DNA of 54,942 nucleotides from a virus (Duplodnaviria; Caudoviricetes): IMG/VR virus record IMGVR_UViG_3300036766_000429, positions 1 to 54,942 of that record; one strand, 5' to 3'. Shown piece by piece: positions 31,101 to 38,731 of this stretch (position 1 is its first letter; each line of letters starts with the position of its first letter). The notes under the pieces were generated by a model. It saw only the letters and a program-made list of their open reading frames with translations, ran no database searches and was not told where the DNA came from. The position numbers and the translations under genes were made by a program.

Positions 31101-31789
31101 CTATACTTAAAGATCAATCTGGGTTTATTGCTTTTAATGTGAGAGCGCAAGGAAAGGACGTTCAGATAAGACAGCCAATTTTCTGGGCTCGCGATAGCTG
31201 GCACCGAATCAGAGCAACTTACAAATTCAACCGAGCAGACAATAAAGATGAAATTAGATTGTTTTGTGACGGGGAAGAAAGGGGCGTTGTTTTATTTGGA
31301 AGCGGATTGCTGTTTGGACAAGGATTTATATTCGGACAAACAACAGTAGGCGTAACTAATCAAATACTTGTTACGGATATTAACTTCAAAGATCCTATAA
31401 ATCAATTTTTTATTGGCTCTGATTATTTAGGAGTTCATGCCGCAGAAGCTAGAATTGATAACTTCAGGCTAAGCGATATAGCGAGAATACCTGTAACAAT
31501 TGCCGGTCAACCAATAGACACAACATATAGCTCTAATTTCAATGTTGTATTTCCGGTAATAGAAGATGCGTTTACTACATTTCTGCTTGATTTTAACAGT
31601 CTATTAACAAAAAATACCGACTTTGCCATATTAAGAGATGATGTATTTGGAATATTTGACTTCACAATGAATATAATAGATAGTTTTAATATAGTTTCTA
31701 GCAGTTCAAGGGTTCAAAAAATTCTGGAGAGTTTAATTTTGGCGCTCAAACCAGCAACAGCTATAGCCGAAATTCACATCATTAAGTAA
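25136..31789 (+). CDS. Giant baseplate wedge protein (P2 gpI/T4 gp7-like) with LamG/concanavalin-like domains
   Basis: NFGSLV...YRDALTAALQCFTKGPTIPAI and terminal LKPA gpI-like motifs. LamG motifs GTIETW/HHVAISW/LFVDG/LDELRIS and GTIEFW/WHRIRATY/LFCDG/IDNFRLS. Confidence 0.65.
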   Translation: MANLRLIQVKAGDIRTINASFNNTLDPLIGTSNVTVSSLIVGTPDAEIIAVSVSGNKLAITVQPLTPHAAYLVTFKSTQTVIFKSLDGASVLFEDGSTNTAQILGPEDPENPIRNNLVSFLKDNVYNLSRGTLVRLIIDQLATSYLGARTDIRQSKTDNYLKFQVFDERKVRGSGPFDRLNEEGVFNVVRVGKTPTGDTGKLSFSFDSFPFDLITLQRTDVIGESLQAGNSDVKGTFDGLTLTVNNGPVTKVNSVVIKYQNSTVFTYDIRSYGYRLQNPVYDTAYASTLLSLEDNQVKLSDEILDAAGFVVPGGGDIISINYEYKFVGRFVDESTVQVSQVLNEAREPTPALLNQFSLGHAPIVTAADQIPTSGGVQFLDPNSATPFLTIHPAFTTEIPFVKNAIPSSIGEYAVDYETGTVLVYGATSAHDGSGNFPPGATYNYRNVFVSGLDYTYRAETSELVASPIRDLISQSAKISFSFEDVLVAGKDYNALVHKEVIDERIQNRIKTTNSIGTLNASLTDVFRIFNETTGEVYSLTRFNDSSVFFNFRNAPRILQSIRERATFESVTNESLIVSKDSVNILSTRVLKAQLLNNRIMSTTDDVIGSSYNTSAQFSKTSIFVTELYYDTLLSPTINTNRLNVGQYQIDYRNGTVYVGVTNAQTFDIGTVSYKKPAVVSQNAHILGVSNIYYSLDPNTGVTKTLNYTSFNDTEIFPSSFDVSDERFLNGDTTLPYFENAGTITVTDDIKNIRHIFDVYDLDHNIVPTDFSDGATFSANIITLDPSGVEKREVLVVEPGLKLNVSFISPGIEVKGAISAVRIIDGYQLLDGYETISGNTITLSVTSGAVVGNVVDVIYTVVMNGAATPIVDYNRGDYFIDYTYLADEILVSYEYGDNVLDFREGSALGEGDEYFVTYQAGALRDALQNNFGSLVDIPELNAVDIHLSRDTYRDALTAALQCFTKGPTIPAISAIASNITKINPQIIESVFDVWSLGISYLFKDEIVTYGNPKLVAGKFDQGILIDTPGQAVSFSVSNNVRLDEGTIETWIIPEWNGLDNDATLTISPILKGGYAISASAIFIGASSFNPTLDDSGSFSLNRRDDLSPVGLPSAIYTKLGMFIFYDTDVNHWKIISKDFADGYVYSGTVQSSGEVYDAKFIDNFSHPGDIIRSSGNKIDFSFNMDGYQDGYIDGYTPGYAFDGITFMADEEHFIFDFAETKDKNRFSLFKDGSGYLNFSVWDRGGKYNQKKDRRNNYNISADIQGWLAGEKHHVAISWKLNTSDRRDEMHLFVDGFEVPNIMLYGGRPISTSTDRFGTVKPEIIAGTVPLTCVVGADLQTNSGSYFVTSASNNFTSDGILPGNTIQINETGFSTYSILAVSGNTLQLNTAMPATLSDAKFSVNPYSAVVSSEIDLYSNIAVSILSGAVETEIPGLRATVPAYSISKNGLNQNVLTLLGDAKAGDKVLIRTLGRNHRRCRDQVFIWGNTQAVLKTALPPPINLDEASIVAVVMPYTVIGPANSTISFGNFVATGLPITQPTNSTEGRKLSIRVTGGNVNFGTPTTVTINGTTAAGPLLETLTFSAAGTQSTTNKFKTTSSVDVQTTPLITSKNGVAVEIKEVYPITIPDGNNAYPVIRFAYKTQSGFSLQGTGNTTVTDNNGFFPLSDVGNLLVITYPAPVAGTYTIANRLNNTNVQLNIPTGSAFSGGKYDTFNVSIGRSGFQNGFFFLETAGMTNIPYPIPQGVYEFDYQSFLEVPFDPINQTAFVGSDFNLTKPAKAVLDELRISSHMMTDTRVGETIAANQESITTDFISIRELRKNHSTLALLHFNSLPLINDSDFYVLADRDFVQSADSVNANFGQSIVITDKGLSFDNNGRLTTRSEGTIEFWVSPRFDTYNDPVPRVYFDATSSVVEEEVSITKGTVKVSRSIEQVLSVRLQTDTKDSGQDYFQSGTVSSDRQTINLKVALPYQQTPVKIAYIPSGLGGDRITILKDQSGFIAFNVRAQGKDVQIRQPIFWARDSWHRIRATYKFNRADNKDEIRLFCDGEERGVVLFGSGLLFGQGFIFGQTTVGVTNQILVTDINFKDPINQFFIGSDYLGVHAAEARIDNFRLSDIARIPVTIAGQPIDTTYSSNFNVVFPVIEDAFTTFLLDFNSLLTKNTDFAILRDDVFGIFDFTMNIIDSFNIVSSSSRVQKILESLILALKPATAIAEIHIIK

Positions 31790-31791
31790 GT

Positions 31792-31806
31792 GGCATTTTT
31801 TCGCAT
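31792..31806 (+). promoter_or_regulatory. Candidate late-promoter motif GGCATTTTTTCGCAT
   Basis: Identical to 21807-21821; ends 11 nt before an ATG that lacks an SD. Confidence 0.6.
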
Positions 31807-31817
31807 TTGGGTATAAA

Positions 31818-34739
31818 ATGACAACTAGAACACCTGTCTCCACAATTTTTAACAAGTTTCACGATGCCGAGCAAATTACTGTTCAGGATTTGGATGTTGA
31901 ACAAAACCGAAATATAGTGACCGACGCATCGATCATTAATAACCATTTTGGGTCTGGCGTTTTGCCCTCTTCTTTAGTTCAAAACATCATATTTGACTCA
32001 GACAATTTAACACAAATTCAAGCATCAATTTTAGCGGCAGGAAATTTCGACGGGACCGGCTTACAAGCTCAATTACAACCAAGCGACACTAACCTAGGAA
32101 ACCAGTTAGAGGTAGAACTAACAGGAACATCTGCCTTTGGACGCTTAAGCACTAAAGTTTTAATAATTGGTGTAGATTTTCAAGGCTTACCACAATATGA
32201 CCGGTTTACGTTTCACAAAAGCGAAAAACAAGTAACAAGAAAACATTATGCAAGAATCCTTGGAATTTTCTTCAATGATTTCAAGGGGAATAACAATTGT
32301 TCTCGTGATTTAGGTGGCTCCATTGTTATTAGAGAGTCCTCATCGTTTGAGTTATCTCGTGATGCTATAATGGTAGCGCAAGACATAGAGCCAAACTTAT
32401 TTTTCCGCGATTTCAAGGTATCAAATCCGGCAGTTAGCCTTTATAATACAATACAGACTGGAATTGGCCCTGAGTTTAGTGTTGACTCATTAAATATTAA
32501 TACAACAGTTAAACAAAACAGATCTTTGGCAGCCGGAGATGTAACGTCTAAAATTGGCGAAAAATTTCAAGCAGCCACAAATAATATTCAAAAAATTACA
32601 CTTTTACTTGGGGCTCAGGCTAATAACGCTGTACCGGTCGCAAATGAATTTGATTGGACTGGAAGTTTGGTTATTAGCGTTTGGGCATTACAAACTACGG
32701 TAAGCTCGCCAACAGATATTGTTCCTCAGCTAGCTATAGATTTTGATCCATCAAGCCATCCATTAGCTCAATTAAGTTTAAGCCGGGCAGATTTGAAAGA
32801 TTTAGGATATGTTTTAAACGACGTTCTTCAGCCTGTTGATTTTGTTTTTAGTGCAACTCAACTAGGAATGATCACTAACAGCATAATAGTTCCTGGTAAT
32901 TTTTATGCTGTAACAATAAATCGTTCTGGCGCAGCTGGCTCTGGTGTTGTTTTTACTGGGGCGGCAAATCATAGCACGGAAAACGCACGCCTCACTCTTT
33001 TTAATAATGTTTGGGTTGATGTGCCAGAAGAAGATTTGTGGTTCCAGGTATGGACTGATGCCGCTAAAGTTGCTGACGGAATGGCGTATGATGCTGGCAA
33101 TGGTATTCAATTAGAAAAAACAGAAATCAATGCAGATGGCGCGCAGGTTGATTTCTGCCTAGATGCATTGGCCTTATCTGACTCTGGCGAAAATACTTTA
33201 AACATTGCTATAGTTCAGGCCATACAGCAGCAATCAGATCAGTCACAAGATGAACGCACTGGATCTCCAATATTTTTACGACAACAATTTGAGCCTCAGG
33301 TAAGTTTCGTTACAAATTCTGGTCTTGTTAGTTTACAATCGGTAAGTGAGCCAATCATTATCGGAGGCGCTGAAGACATTAATCCTAAAACAAATTTTGT
33401 CATACAGAAAACACAAAAACTACCAGGATTAGCAAAAGGTGATGTATTTACTGTAGTTGCTCCTGATCCCGATTTGCTTTCTAATAACCTAATAGGAAGT
33501 AAACTTATACCTGATGTTGGGTGCTCGATTATTGATTACCGCATATTTAAAACAGTTGTGTGTACAGATGGGTATGGGGACGTTAATGGAGATGGCGTAA
33601 TTGATGCTTTGGACGTGATTAGAGCGGCATATCTTTTGGGAGAAGGAATTAGTAATCCATCAACTCAACAGAAAATAATTGACGGATATATTTCTACGCT
33701 TGAATTATTACGCTGTGACGTAGATGGCGACGGCTATATTACAACTAACGACTTAAATCTAATTACTCAATATGTAAATCGACAAATACATGCATTTCCA
33801 GTCGGCAGTTCATTCACACATATGGACATCACAGTTCAAGAAAGCATTGGCAGATTCGATGGGTATTATGACTGTGGCGATGGTTATGTAAGAATAGATG
33901 GGTATAACAACAAAATTCTTGAAAGCTCTCTAAACCCATACGTTGCGATTTATGACGGTTATATAGTTACGCCAAATATTGCTGCGTCAGATGTTGTGTT
34001 TACTACTATTCCGTTTGTGCCAATAGATTATAAAATAGCTCCGCAGCCTTTCTGGGCCGATTACATGTTAGTAACTAGTAGTGATGCCAAGGTTGTGCCG
34101 GCAGCATTTAGCTTTCCTGATTCCGTTGTGGTTAAAGACTGTGTGCCTGCGTTGCTATTAAATTGCCGAGATACTACAGATATTGTTCCGAAGAGTGATC
34201 CGGGAAGAAACGATATAATGATTCCTGATAACCTTATAATGCGTAAGGGGGCTATCTTAAATCCAGACGGAACAAATTATAGATTAGATTTTGAGGTTGG
34301 GCAGATTGTTTTGAATCTTCCCGCGGTGCCACTGGAAGAAGTTTCATTGAATATATTTGATAAATTTGTAGTTGAAGCCGATGCTGGATTTACTATTGCC
34401 GGATTGCCAGCCATGAAGTTTTCTGATTGTACTTATGTTAAATCAGACGCTTTACTAAAAAATCAACTTAGATTTGATGTGTCGATCCAAGCCTGGTACC
34501 CATCAATCGATGGATATTCTGTGACAGACGGATATGGGGTGATAGTGGATAACACGATAGGAGTATATTTAGATCATAACACAGGAATATTAACGCTGAC
34601 TATGCAGGATTTATCAGTAGATCCTATATTTAAAACGTTAGTGTCAAAAATACAAATAACCGTATATCTTAAAAAAGCGGGGTTCGTCAACAACCCCTTA
34701 ATAATAGATAGTTCACAATTTGTGGGATTATTAAGTTAA
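31818..34739 (+). CDS. Baseplate/tail-associated protein with a dockerin-like (paired Ca-binding loop-helix) domain
   Basis: YGDVNGDGVIDALDVIRAAYLLG and RCDVDGDGYITTNDLNLITQYV repeats. N-terminal FHDAEQITVQDLDVEQ resembles baseplate/fibre attachment starts. Confidence 0.6.
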   Translation: MTTRTPVSTIFNKFHDAEQITVQDLDVEQNRNIVTDASIINNHFGSGVLPSSLVQNIIFDSDNLTQIQASILAAGNFDGTGLQAQLQPSDTNLGNQLEVELTGTSAFGRLSTKVLIIGVDFQGLPQYDRFTFHKSEKQVTRKHYARILGIFFNDFKGNNNCSRDLGGSIVIRESSSFELSRDAIMVAQDIEPNLFFRDFKVSNPAVSLYNTIQTGIGPEFSVDSLNINTTVKQNRSLAAGDVTSKIGEKFQAATNNIQKITLLLGAQANNAVPVANEFDWTGSLVISVWALQTTVSSPTDIVPQLAIDFDPSSHPLAQLSLSRADLKDLGYVLNDVLQPVDFVFSATQLGMITNSIIVPGNFYAVTINRSGAAGSGVVFTGAANHSTENARLTLFNNVWVDVPEEDLWFQVWTDAAKVADGMAYDAGNGIQLEKTEINADGAQVDFCLDALALSDSGENTLNIAIVQAIQQQSDQSQDERTGSPIFLRQQFEPQVSFVTNSGLVSLQSVSEPIIIGGAEDINPKTNFVIQKTQKLPGLAKGDVFTVVAPDPDLLSNNLIGSKLIPDVGCSIIDYRIFKTVVCTDGYGDVNGDGVIDALDVIRAAYLLGEGISNPSTQQKIIDGYISTLELLRCDVDGDGYITTNDLNLITQYVNRQIHAFPVGSSFTHMDITVQESIGRFDGYYDCGDGYVRIDGYNNKILESSLNPYVAIYDGYIVTPNIAASDVVFTTIPFVPIDYKIAPQPFWADYMLVTSSDAKVVPAAFSFPDSVVVKDCVPALLLNCRDTTDIVPKSDPGRNDIMIPDNLIMRKGAILNPDGTNYRLDFEVGQIVLNLPAVPLEEVSLNIFDKFVVEADAGFTIAGLPAMKFSDCTYVKSDALLKNQLRFDVSIQAWYPSIDGYSVTDGYGVIVDNTIGVYLDHNTGILTLTMQDLSVDPIFKTLVSKIQITVYLKKAGFVNNPLIIDSSQFVGLLS

Positions 34740-34741
34740 TT

Positions 34742-34781
34742 TATTTGTCGAGTTGTTGGTAATAATTCGCTAAAACAAATA
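34742..34781 (+). promoter_or_regulatory. Hairpin at the end of the tail module, abutting the HNH start codon
   Basis: CGAGTTGTT/AATAATTCG stem (two G-U pairs) extended by TATTTGT/ACAAATA. Confidence 0.35.
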
Positions 34782-35804
34782 TGAAAAATAAAACAAGCCA
34801 CACAACAATTATAAATAATAAAAAATTTCAGAAGTGTACTGGGCCTTGTGGCTTAGAAAAAGAATTAACTGCTGATAATTTTTATTGGCGCAAGGATATT
34901 AATAACTGGAGGACGGAGTGAATGTAAAAGGAAAAAAGAAAAAGAAAAACATATCAAAAAACAAAAAATAACCAATATAATTATAGTTAATGGCGTAGAG
35001 TTCAAAAAGTGCACTGGAAATTGTGGTCAATTTAAAGAGCTAAATAAAAAAAATTTTGACTGGAGAAATGATACAAATAATTGGGTTGGTAAATGTAGAA
35101 ATTGTAAGTCAGAACACAGTAAAAAATATATAAACACCCTCAATAAACAAGAGCTAAAAACAAAAAGAAAAGAATATAATACAAATAATAAAGAAAAAAT
35201 AAAAATATGTGGCCAAAAATACAGAGAAAATAATAAAGAAAAAATAAAAGAAGCAAAAAAAGAATATTTGAAAAACAATGAAGAAAAAATTAAAGCACAA
35301 GCCAAAGAATATAGAGATAATAATAAAGAAAAAATTGAGAAATATTACAAAGAGTATCTTGCGGCAGATGAGAATATAAAAAAAAGAAATAAATATTATA
35401 GAGACAGATATCATAATAATTTAGCGTTTAGATTAAGAGATCGTATGAGCGGGTCTATACGAAACGCTATGAAAAAAAATAAATCTAAAAAGTCAAAATC
35501 AATAATGAAAAGCGTTTCATATACCGGGTTAGATTTGGTAGAGCATATGGTTTCTAAATTTGAATGGTGGATGACCAAAGAAAACTATGGTATATATGAT
35601 AAAAAAACATGGGATGATAATTACCCTTCTACATGGACTTGGCAAATAGATCATATTATTCCAGTATCTGATTTTAATTTTACAAGTGAAGATGATGAAG
35701 ATTTTAAGAAATGTTTTGCTATTGAAAATTTAAGGCCATATTCTGCAAAACAAAATGTATTAGATGGGGCAAGCAGAATTAGACATAAAAAGAAGAGCTT
35801 ATGA
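34781..35804 (+). pseudogene. Frameshifted HNH endonuclease gene
   Basis: The ATG 34781 frame reads ...CTGPCGLEKE...NWRTE* (TGA 34919-34921). The +1 frame continues ECKRK...CTGNC...CRNC into the 35268..35804 HNH ORF (WQIDHIIP...NLRPYSAKQN). Confidence 0.8.
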
Positions 35805-36901
35805 ATATTAAAATAATGCAATTTCTTTACCAAAATCATTCCTGGAGTGTGTGTGGCTGGAATATTTGCCGCTCGTTATTAAAACTAAACCATATTGTTG
35901 ATTTATATCCGACTGACAAGGATAAAACATGTTATTTGCCAGAATATTTAAAACCATATCAAATAAATAAAATTGATAAAAAATATGATATGCAAATTAG
36001 CTATACCGCCCCTATAAATTTTCAATCATATTTACTTGATGGCAAAAGCAAGCGATATGGAATGTGGGCTTATGAATTTGGTGGCAAAAACACTCTTCCA
36101 GAAGGATTTGCAAAGTATCACAAATATACAGATAAAATACTAGTGCCATCTAATTTTTGCAGGCAAATATTTATAGACAGTCATATACCCCAAGAAAAGG
36201 TAATAACTATACCTCACGGAATTCATTTGGAGGATTTTGAAAATAAAACAAAGTACACATTAAAAACTAACAAAAAAATTAAATACCTAGTTGTAATAGG
36301 CCAGCCACATGCTAGAAAAAATATTTCAGGTATATTTGAGGCGTGGGGACGGGCATTTAATAAAACAGATGACGCATGCTTAGTATTTAAAGTTAATCCA
36401 CAAAAAGAAAAAATAAAAAAACATATGTTTGATGTTGATTTTTATGAAATATATAATGAATTCTTACGTAAATATAAAAATCACGCCGAAATAGAAATAA
36501 TAACAGAATTCATTCCAAATATGGTAGAACTAACTAACGCTTGTAATATTATGTTTTCAATGTCAAATTGCGAAGGGTTTTATATACCAGGAATAGATGC
36601 GTTAGGCGCCAATATATTTAATATTTGCCCTAACTACGGCGGACAATTAGATTTTTTAAACAATAAAAATTCATTATTAATTAAAGGGGTAATAGTTAGA
36701 GCTAAATCTAAATATACATATTGGAACAGTAATCCATATGCACAAATGTTTGAACCTAATATAGACCACGCAGCAGAATTACTTAAAAAAGCATATAACG
36801 AATACGACTCTTTACTTCTAGATTTTATGCCATCGATATTAGAAACTAGAGAGGTGTTCACATGGGATAATGCCGTAAAAAAGATATTAGAAATCCAGTG
36901 A
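35801..36901 (+). CDS. GT-B fold glycosyltransferase, GT4-like
   Basis: ILVPS, IPHGI, RKNI, SNCEGFYIPGIDA (ExF motif), FTWDNAVKKI. Confidence 0.85.
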   Translation: MNIKIMQFLYQNHSWSVCGWNICRSLLKLNHIVDLYPTDKDKTCYLPEYLKPYQINKIDKKYDMQISYTAPINFQSYLLDGKSKRYGMWAYEFGGKNTLPEGFAKYHKYTDKILVPSNFCRQIFIDSHIPQEKVITIPHGIHLEDFENKTKYTLKTNKKIKYLVVIGQPHARKNISGIFEAWGRAFNKTDDACLVFKVNPQKEKIKKHMFDVDFYEIYNEFLRKYKNHAEIEIITEFIPNMVELTNACNIMFSMSNCEGFYIPGIDALGANIFNICPNYGGQLDFLNNKNSLLIKGVIVRAKSKYTYWNSNPYAQMFEPNIDHAAELLKKAYNEYDSLLLDFMPSILETREVFTWDNAVKKILEIQ

Positions 36902-37020
36902 GACTGTAATCTTCTTAAATCAAATATGAGGCTGTTTCAAAAATAACGACCTTGGCTATGTCTGGACAATAAAAGGTCAAAATTGAGTCGAGGAAGGTGT
37001 TAGGGAGCTATATAAACAAT

Positions 37021-37722
37021 ATGTCAGCGAGACTTTCAATAATAATTCCGGTATACAATTCGGCTCCATATACCAAGGCATGTTTAACTGATTTATCTTA
37101 TTTGCCACCGGGCGTAGAAATAGTAGTGGTAGATAATGGCAGCACAGATGAAACGCCTGATATAATTAAAGAACTAAACCTACCAAATATAAAATATGAG
37201 CGTCTAGAAAGAAATTTTGGCTTCGCCGGCGGTTGCAACTGGGGCTATTTAATAAGTTCTGGCAAATATGTAATGTTTCTAAATAACGATATTAGGGTTC
37301 GCGGTGATAAAACTAATTGGATTGATAAATGTTTAGAGAAGGCTGACACACATTTAGTTGGTCCGGCATTGGGTATTTTAGATTTGAATTTTAATTTTGC
37401 CAGTGAAGTAGAGGATTTCCCTAAATATAAGTGTCATACGTATATTAGTGGATGGTGTTTGACTAGTTCTAGGGAGATATTTGATAAGCTCATTATACCT
37501 CCATACACTGGGCCGTTCACTGAAGAGTTTGGAAAAGCTTACTTTGAGGATTCTGACCTTTCTTTAAGGGCAGCCGAATTAAACATACCATTAGAGATAG
37601 TAAAAATACCTGTTGTTCATTTTGGAAAGACTACTAGTAAAAAGCTAAACACATTATCATTGTATATGCCTGCCAAAAGGAAATTTATAGAAAAATGGAA
37701 AACCCGAGTACCCAAGAAATAA
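37021..37722 (+). CDS. Glycosyltransferase family 2 (start revised to ATG 37021)
   Basis: LSIIIPVYN, VVVDNGSTD, NFGFAGGCN, FLNND, YFEDSD. Confidence 0.9.
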   Translation: MSARLSIIIPVYNSAPYTKACLTDLSYLPPGVEIVVVDNGSTDETPDIIKELNLPNIKYERLERNFGFAGGCNWGYLISSGKYVMFLNNDIRVRGDKTNWIDKCLEKADTHLVGPALGILDLNFNFASEVEDFPKYKCHTYISGWCLTSSREIFDKLIIPPYTGPFTEEFGKAYFEDSDLSLRAAELNIPLEIVKIPVVHFGKTTSKKLNTLSLYMPAKRKFIEKWKTRVPKK

Positions 37723-37907
37723 TAGACGCATTAAATATATTAAGTTGCAGCACTATTCCGTATTTAATAATGTCTGCTATGTTTTGTATATCATATATTT
37801 TTAATTTTGACACTGCGACTACAATATCATCAATTTTGTTTAGTGGGATAATTTCGTCATGTATTGTCGGATATAAGGCCTTTAAAAACATAACAGAGCA
37901 TAGATGA
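37695..37907 (+). CDS. Small hypothetical membrane protein (two hydrophobic segments)
   Basis: 70 aa, fills the gap and overlaps both neighbours; two hydrophobic stretches and a basic C-terminus. Confidence 0.45.
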   Translation: MENPSTQEIIDALNILSCSTIPYLIMSAMFCISYIFNFDTATTISSILFSGIISSCIVGYKAFKNITEHR

Positions 37908-38731
37908 ACCTTAGTATATTAACGCTTTCGTGGAATGGGTTGGATAAATTAAAAACTCTTTACGGAGGAGTGTCTGACAATTGTTCTTATTTGCCTAAAA
38001 ACATACAGTATACCTGGCACATAAGAGATAACGGATCTTCTGATGATACGATTAAGGTGGTTAATGGTTGGGGGCGAAATTGGATTAAAACATATGATAT
38101 AGGACACAATCGACATTCATTTTCTGCCGGCATGAATTTTTTGTTTGATAAAGTGGCTCCAGCAGATGATGATTTAATATTGCTTCTTAATAATGATGTT
38201 GAGTTTGGCGATATGGAATCTTTATCTAAAATGATTCAGTTAATGAGCAAACCCAATGCGGCGGTTGTTGGGGCTAGGCTTTTATATGCTGGCACAAACA
38301 AAATTCAATTCGGAGGAACAATTTTTTCTTCTAAGTACGGCAATCTAGCTTGGCATTATAGGGCGGGAGAAGAATCAGATAAGGCGGCAGAAAAGAATAG
38401 ATATTTTCAAGCAGTAACGGCGGCGGTGTGTTTAGTTAAAGCATCAAGTTTTAAAAGGGTTGGCGGGTTTGATGAAGAATTCATGTGGTCATTTGAGGAC
38501 GTTGATTTGTGCTTAAAAATAGGGCAAACAGAGAAAATAGCATATTGCGGAGAGACAAAAATATACCACGAAGAATCAGCGTCTCTAAAAAAGAATCCTG
38601 TCAATAAAATGTTCATGCAGCACAATGTTAATCATTTTAAATCTAAGTGGTGGGAGAATGGCAAGCCAAAATACAAAATTGATCATGATTTATATTTAAA
38701 AGATTCTGGATATAATGAAATCAAAGTATAG
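37904..38731 (+). CDS. Glycosyltransferase family 2
   Basis: RDNGSSD, LLLNND, AVTAAVCLV, GGFDEEF, FEDVDLCLK, HEESAS. Confidence 0.9.
   Translation: MNLSILTLSWNGLDKLKTLYGGVSDNCSYLPKNIQYTWHIRDNGSSDDTIKVVNGWGRNWIKTYDIGHNRHSFSAGMNFLFDKVAPADDDLILLLNNDVEFGDMESLSKMIQLMSKPNAAVVGARLLYAGTNKIQFGGTIFSSKYGNLAWHYRAGEESDKAAEKNRYFQAVTAAVCLVKASSFKRVGGFDEEFMWSFEDVDLCLKIGQTEKIAYCGETKIYHEESASLKKNPVNKMFMQHNVNHFKSKWWENGKPKYKIDHDLYLKDSGYNEIKV

Noticed and set aside
1724-34739. Bacterial eCIS/tailocin/T6SS locus instead of a phage
   Set aside because: There is no Afp15-like AAA ATPase, TssJLM/ClpV or regulator. The chaperone pair, multiple free-standing HNH genes and giant wedge proteins fit a large phage better. 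It is not fully excluded because no capsid gene is in the window.
34908-34922. RF2-like programmed +1 frameshift at GGAGG-ACG-GAG-TGA
   Set aside because: The SD spacing is similar to RF2, but tRNA-Glu cannot re-pair on AGT and the product would lack one Cys of the CxxC. A deletion is simpler.
36902-37020. Possible ncRNA or terminator in the 120-bp gap (GACCTT/AAGGTC inverted repeat)
   Set aside because: The stem is short and imperfect, with no U-tract and no tRNA or known RNA features.
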